A DNA stretch of 32,000 bases from Dickeya solani IPO 2222 (GTDB lineage: Bacteria; Pseudomonadota; Gammaproteobacteria; Enterobacterales; Enterobacteriaceae): the NCBI RefSeq assembly GCF_001644705.1, contig NZ_CP015137.1, forward strand, positions 3,180,001 through 3,212,000, given 5' to 3'. The notes under the pieces are model-generated. The model was not told the origin of the DNA. It did not search any database and was given only the letters and a program-made list of their open reading frames with translations. Positions within the stretch are counted from its first letter, which is position 1. Each line of letters opens with the position of its first letter. The position numbers and the translations under genes are program-made. Of this stretch, positions 28,699 through 32,000 are shown in pieces.

Positions 28699-28725
28699 TA
28701 ACGCGTGGCGATGAACCACGCGTTA
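28699..28725. terminator. Hairpin between convergent ptrA and argA
   Basis: TAACGCGTGG-cgatgaa-CCACGCGTTA is a perfect 10-bp stem followed by TTTG. It lies 7 nt beyond the argA stop codon. A second hairpin, CCTGTGCC...GGCACAGG, lies at about 28651-28679. Confidence 0.6.
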
Positions 28726-28731
28726 TTTGCC

Positions 28732-30057
28732 TCACAGGTCGATGACCAGAATCTTGGAACGACGCTGGTAGTTGTAAAGCTCCTGCTTGCCTTTCGGCAA
28801 CACGGCGACTTCCGCCGGCTGAAAACCGCGTTCCTGGAACCAGTGGATGCTATGCGTGGTCAGCACAAACAGACGTTTGAGTCCCTGCTGGCGGGCTTGT
28901 ACGGCAATATGGTGCAGCAGCTGATCGCCACGCGACGAGTTGCGGTATTCCGGATGGACCGCCACGCAGGCCATTTCACCGATACTCTCCTCCGGGAACG
29001 GATAGAGCGCGGCGCAGGCGATAGTCAGATTATCGCGGACCACCACGGTGAATTTGTCGATCTCCATTTCCAGTTGCTCGCGCGAACGGCGTACCAGAAT
29101 ACCTTGCTGTTCCAGCGGGCGAATTAGCTCCAGAATACCGCCGATGTCATTGATGGTTGCCCGACGGATTTGCTCGGCGCTTTCCATTACGATCTGAGTG
29201 CCGATGCCGTCGCGGGAGAACAGTTCCTGCAACAGCGCACCATCTTCCTGATAGCTGATCAGGTGGCTACGGCGTACCCCGCTGCGGCAGGCTTTCACCG
29301 CGCCGCGCAGGAAACGCACAATCTCGGAATTATAGTCGCCGGCTTCCTCCAGTGACTGAATGCGCTGCTGCGCTGCGTCTGGCAGCAGTTCGGACACAAT
29401 GCTGCCTTCGATATTGGTCACCCCCTGTGAGGCACAGAAACCGATCATTTTTTCGGCCCTGAGCTTGATAGCCAGTTGGGTGGCGACTTCTTCTGACGTC
29501 AGGTTGAAACTTTCGCCAGTGACGGAAACCGCCACCGGGCCCAACAGTACGATGGCGCCGCTGTCCAACTGTCGATGCAGCGCTTCTTCGTCAATACGGC
29601 GGATGCGCCCGCTGTGGCAGTAGTCCACGCCATCATCCACGCCCAGCGGCTGGGCAATGATAAAGTTGCCGCTGACCACGTTAATGTGCGCGCCCTGTAG
29701 CGGCGTGTTCAACAGGCTCATCGACAGCCGGGCGGTGATGTCCAGTTGCAGCATACCTGCCGCCTGTTTCACCAGTTCCAGCGTGGTGCTGTCTGTTACG
29801 CGGGTGTGCTTGTGGTAGCGGGGCTCGTAGTGATGGGCCATCAGGTTCGCATCGATCTGGGGTCGTGCGCCGTAAACCACCACCAGCTTGATGCCAAGGC
29901 TATGTAACAGCCCGATATCATTGACGATTTTGGCAAAATTTTCATGTTCGATAGCTTCGCCACCGAGCATGATGACAAATGTTTTGCCACGATGTGCATT
30001 GATGTAAGGAACTGAGTGGCGGAAGCCTTGAACCAGTTCTGTACTACGTTCCTTCAC
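28732..30057 (-). CDS. argA: Amino-acid N-acetyltransferase (N-acetylglutamate synthase)
   Basis: 441 aa from GTG 30057 ((M)[40 protein letters not shown]), mirroring the E. coli argA GTG start. AGAGGG lies upstream. It is collinear with E. coli ArgA to the C-terminus (LYNYQRRSK). The track ORF adds 22 codons. Confidence 0.95.
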   Translation of the reverse strand: MKERSTELVQGFRHSVPYINAHRGKTFVIMLGGEAIEHENFAKIVNDIGLLHSLGIKLVVVYGARPQIDANLMAHHYEPRYHKHTRVTDSTTLELVKQAAGMLQLDITARLSMSLLNTPLQGAHINVVSGNFIIAQPLGVDDGVDYCHSGRIRRIDEEALHRQLDSGAIVLLGPVAVSVTGESFNLTSEEVATQLAIKLRAEKMIGFCASQGVTNIEGSIVSELLPDAAQQRIQSLEEAGDYNSEIVRFLRGAVKACRSGVRRSHLISYQEDGALLQELFSRDGIGTQIVMESAEQIRRATINDIGGILELIRPLEQQGILVRRSREQLEMEIDKFTVVVRDNLTIACAALYPFPEESIGEMACVAVHPEYRNSSRGDQLLHHIAVQARQQGLKRLFVLTTHSIHWFQERGFQPAEVAVLPKGKQELYNYQRRSKILVIDL

Positions 30058-30068
30058 TGCGAGCCCTC

Positions 30069-30107
30069 TTTGAATTTTTATTCGATATTTTCGTATTTTT
30101 ATTCCTC
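30069..30107. promoter_or_regulatory. Putative ArgR operator (two tandem ARG boxes) in the argA control region
   Basis: Box 1 (30069-30086) has the core TGAATTTTTATTCG, against the consensus TGAATwwwwATTCA. After a 3-bp spacer, box 2 (30090-30107) has the core CGTATTTTTATTCC, which is more degenerate. On the argA strand the boxes overlap a candidate TTGCCT-17-AAAAAT promoter. Confidence 0.6.
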
Positions 30108-30281
30108 GTAAACCAAAAGGCAAGAGATAACTTTTCGGTCTGGCCCGATAGTTCAGAGAAGTCTGCTTATCACAGTAAAAAACATAAAAATGATTTTTGC
30201 ATGACAGTCCGGTGCGTATTGGTTAAAGTTTTTGACGTTTTTATCAATCTGCCTGATTTCTTTAGTCATTACCGGAGTTGC

Positions 30282-31520
30282 ATGTCTGATCCGAAGCACC
30301 ATCTGACCCGTCGTCATTTATTACAGGGCGCCGCCGCCACCTGGTTACTGAGTATCAGCGGCATCGGGCTGGCCGCCGCCTCGCAGGTGATTGCCGTGCG
30401 GGTGTGGCCTTCTTCCGCCTATAGCCGTGTGACGCTGGAGTCCAGCCAGCCGCTCAGGTACCGCCAGTTCATGCTGGAAAATCCCGATCGTCTGGTAGTG
30501 GATATTGAAAACGCCTCGTTGAACAGCGTGCTGAAAAATGCCGGCCAGCAATTCGAACGACCGGACCCTTTCATCAAAACGGCGCGTGCCGGGCAGTTCG
30601 ACAAGAATACCGTGCGTCTGGTGCTGGAATTAAGGCAGAAGGTCAATCCCAAACTGTTTACGCTGGCGCCGGTCGCCGGCTTCCGAAACCGTCTGGTGAT
30701 GGATTTGTATCCCGCCGCCGGCCGTTACGACGATGCTGATGACCCGCTACTGGCGTTGCTGGAGGATTACAATAAAGGCGATCTGGAGCGGACGCTGCCG
30801 CCGGAAAGGCCCAAAGACGGCAAGGCAGGGCGCGAAAGGCCGCTGGTTATCATGCTTGACCCGGGGCACGGCGGTGAGGACCCTGGCGCCATCGGCAAAA
30901 ACCGGACCCGCGAAAAAGACGTGGTGCTGCAAATTGCCCGGCGTCTGAAAGCGCTGATCGAACGTGAACACAACATGAAGGTTTACATGACCCGCAATGA
31001 GGATGTGTTCATTCCGCTCAAAGTGCGGGTGGCTAAAGCGCGCAAACAGCGCGCCGACCTGTTTGTTTCTATCCATGCCGATGCCTTCACCAACCGGGCC
31101 GCTCGCGGCTCCTCGGTGTTTGCCCTGTCAAAAAAAGGCGCGACCAGTTCAGCGGCGCGTTATTTGGCGCAAACCCAGAACGAATCGGATTTGATTGGCG
31201 GCGTCAGCCTGAGCGGCGATCGCTATCTGGACAGCACTATGTTTGACATGGTGCAAACCCTAACCATCAACGACAGCCTGAAGTTCGGCAAGGAAATTCT
31301 GCACCGGCTGGGAACGGTCAATCATCTGCACAAAAACAGTGTCGATCAGGCCGGTTTTGCGGTGCTGAAAGCGCCGGATATTCCGTCGGTGCTGGTGGAA
31401 ACGGCATTTATCAGCAATCTGGAAGAAGAGCGCAAGCTGCGTACCAGCCGCTTTCAGCAGCAGGTGGCGCAATCGATTCTGGAAGGTATCAAAGCCTATT
31501 TTGCGGCTCAGGTGAGGTAA
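30282..31520 (+). CDS. amiC: N-acetylmuramoyl-L-alanine amidase AmiC (Tat-exported)
   Basis: 412 aa from ATG 30282 with a twin-arginine signal ([15 protein letters not shown]). It is collinear with E. coli AmiC ([77 protein letters not shown]). The track ORF start at 30201 is an extension. Confidence 0.94.
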   Translation: MSDPKHHLTRRHLLQGAAATWLLSISGIGLAAASQVIAVRVWPSSAYSRVTLESSQPLRYRQFMLENPDRLVVDIENASLNSVLKNAGQQFERPDPFIKTARAGQFDKNTVRLVLELRQKVNPKLFTLAPVAGFRNRLVMDLYPAAGRYDDADDPLLALLEDYNKGDLERTLPPERPKDGKAGRERPLVIMLDPGHGGEDPGAIGKNRTREKDVVLQIARRLKALIEREHNMKVYMTRNEDVFIPLKVRVAKARKQRADLFVSIHADAFTNRAARGSSVFALSKKGATSSAARYLAQTQNESDLIGGVSLSGDRYLDSTMFDMVQTLTINDSLKFGKEILHRLGTVNHLHKNSVDQAGFAVLKAPDIPSVLVETAFISNLEEERKLRTSRFQQQVAQSILEGIKAYFAAQVR

Positions 31521-31589
31521 TCGCCGAAAGGCGCACTGTGCCGGAAAGAAATAGCTGAAGCTGGAAAGAAATACCTGAACTACAGGCAT

Positions 31590-31611
31590 AAAAAAACACC
31601 CATCAGGGTGT
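31590..31611 (-). terminator. Rho-independent terminator of the tRNA-fMet operon (also closes amiC)
   Basis: The minus strand reads ACACCC-tgat-GGGTGT followed by TTTTTTT, immediately downstream of the distal tRNA-fMet gene. Confidence 0.8.
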
Positions 31612-31619
31612 CTATTTAT

Positions 31620-31696
<77 letters not shown>

Positions 31697-31735
31697 TCCG
31701 TCTTCTTACTTCTTATATGATGCTGGTACATCAAT

Positions 31736-31812
<77 letters not shown>

Positions 31813-31825
31813 TCCGTGGATGCGC

Positions 31826-31853
31826 ACTATACTCCGCGTTCGTTTCGATGCAA
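31826..31853 (-). promoter_or_regulatory. Putative sigma70 promoter of the tRNA-fMet operon
   Basis: On the minus strand: TTGCAT (31853-31848), a 16-nt spacer, TATAGT (31831-31826), then a GC-rich discriminator (GCGCATCC) typical of stringently controlled stable-RNA promoters. An A/T tract (AAAAAGGGG) lies upstream. Confidence 0.6.
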
Positions 31854-32000
31854 CCCCTTTTTGCAAATAGTTTACGCTTTTGCAGACAGGTGGTGGAATT
31901 ATCGGCATGGCGTTGGTTTTTTAAACTGACGTGTGCCGTTTTGATGCGATGCGTTTTATTCTCTCCGCCTGTTTGTTATCGTTCTGCGTGGTTTCACACT

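Overview
This is an Enterobacterales chromosomal segment with GC in roughly the mid-50s percent and dense coding. It is almost entirely conserved core genome, collinear with two E. coli K-12 blocks. Block 1 is pheV, speC, (ansP), mltC-yggX-mutY, then divergent trmB-yggL-yggN. Block 2 is tas, ygdR, ygdQ, mutH, then divergent rppH-ptsP, lgt-thyA, ppdA-ppdB-ygdB-ppdC, ptrA, argA, divergent amiC, and two tandem initiator tRNA-fMet genes. Accessory material is limited to two places. (i) The edge of a decayed island abuts the 3' end of tRNA-Phe: an AT-rich MarA/SoxS-like regulator and a truncated IS3-family remnant, with no integrase in view. (ii) A roughly 1050-aa subtilisin (S8)-type autotransporter, preceded by about 950 bp of very AT-rich non-coding DNA, sits exactly at the junction of the two synteny blocks. 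I found no CRISPR array, rRNA, prophage, or recognisable defence or toxin-antitoxin module. I cannot honestly point to a clear novel multi-gene system. The most unusual observations are these. (a) recC, recB and recD are absent from their canonical positions around ptrA, with clean short junctions, while Chi octamers are still frequent. (b) The canonical catalytic Asp position of the autotransporter protease domain reads Asn. (c) A DnaA-box cluster in the 770-bp mutH-rppH spacer is consistent with DARS2. (d) A hairpin of about 80 nt with a U8 tail follows thyA. Many long ORFs in the supplied track are antisense or alternate-frame shadows of real genes. Several track ORFs also carry spurious N-terminal extensions, which I trimmed by comparison with remembered E. 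coli N-termini and by SD placement.
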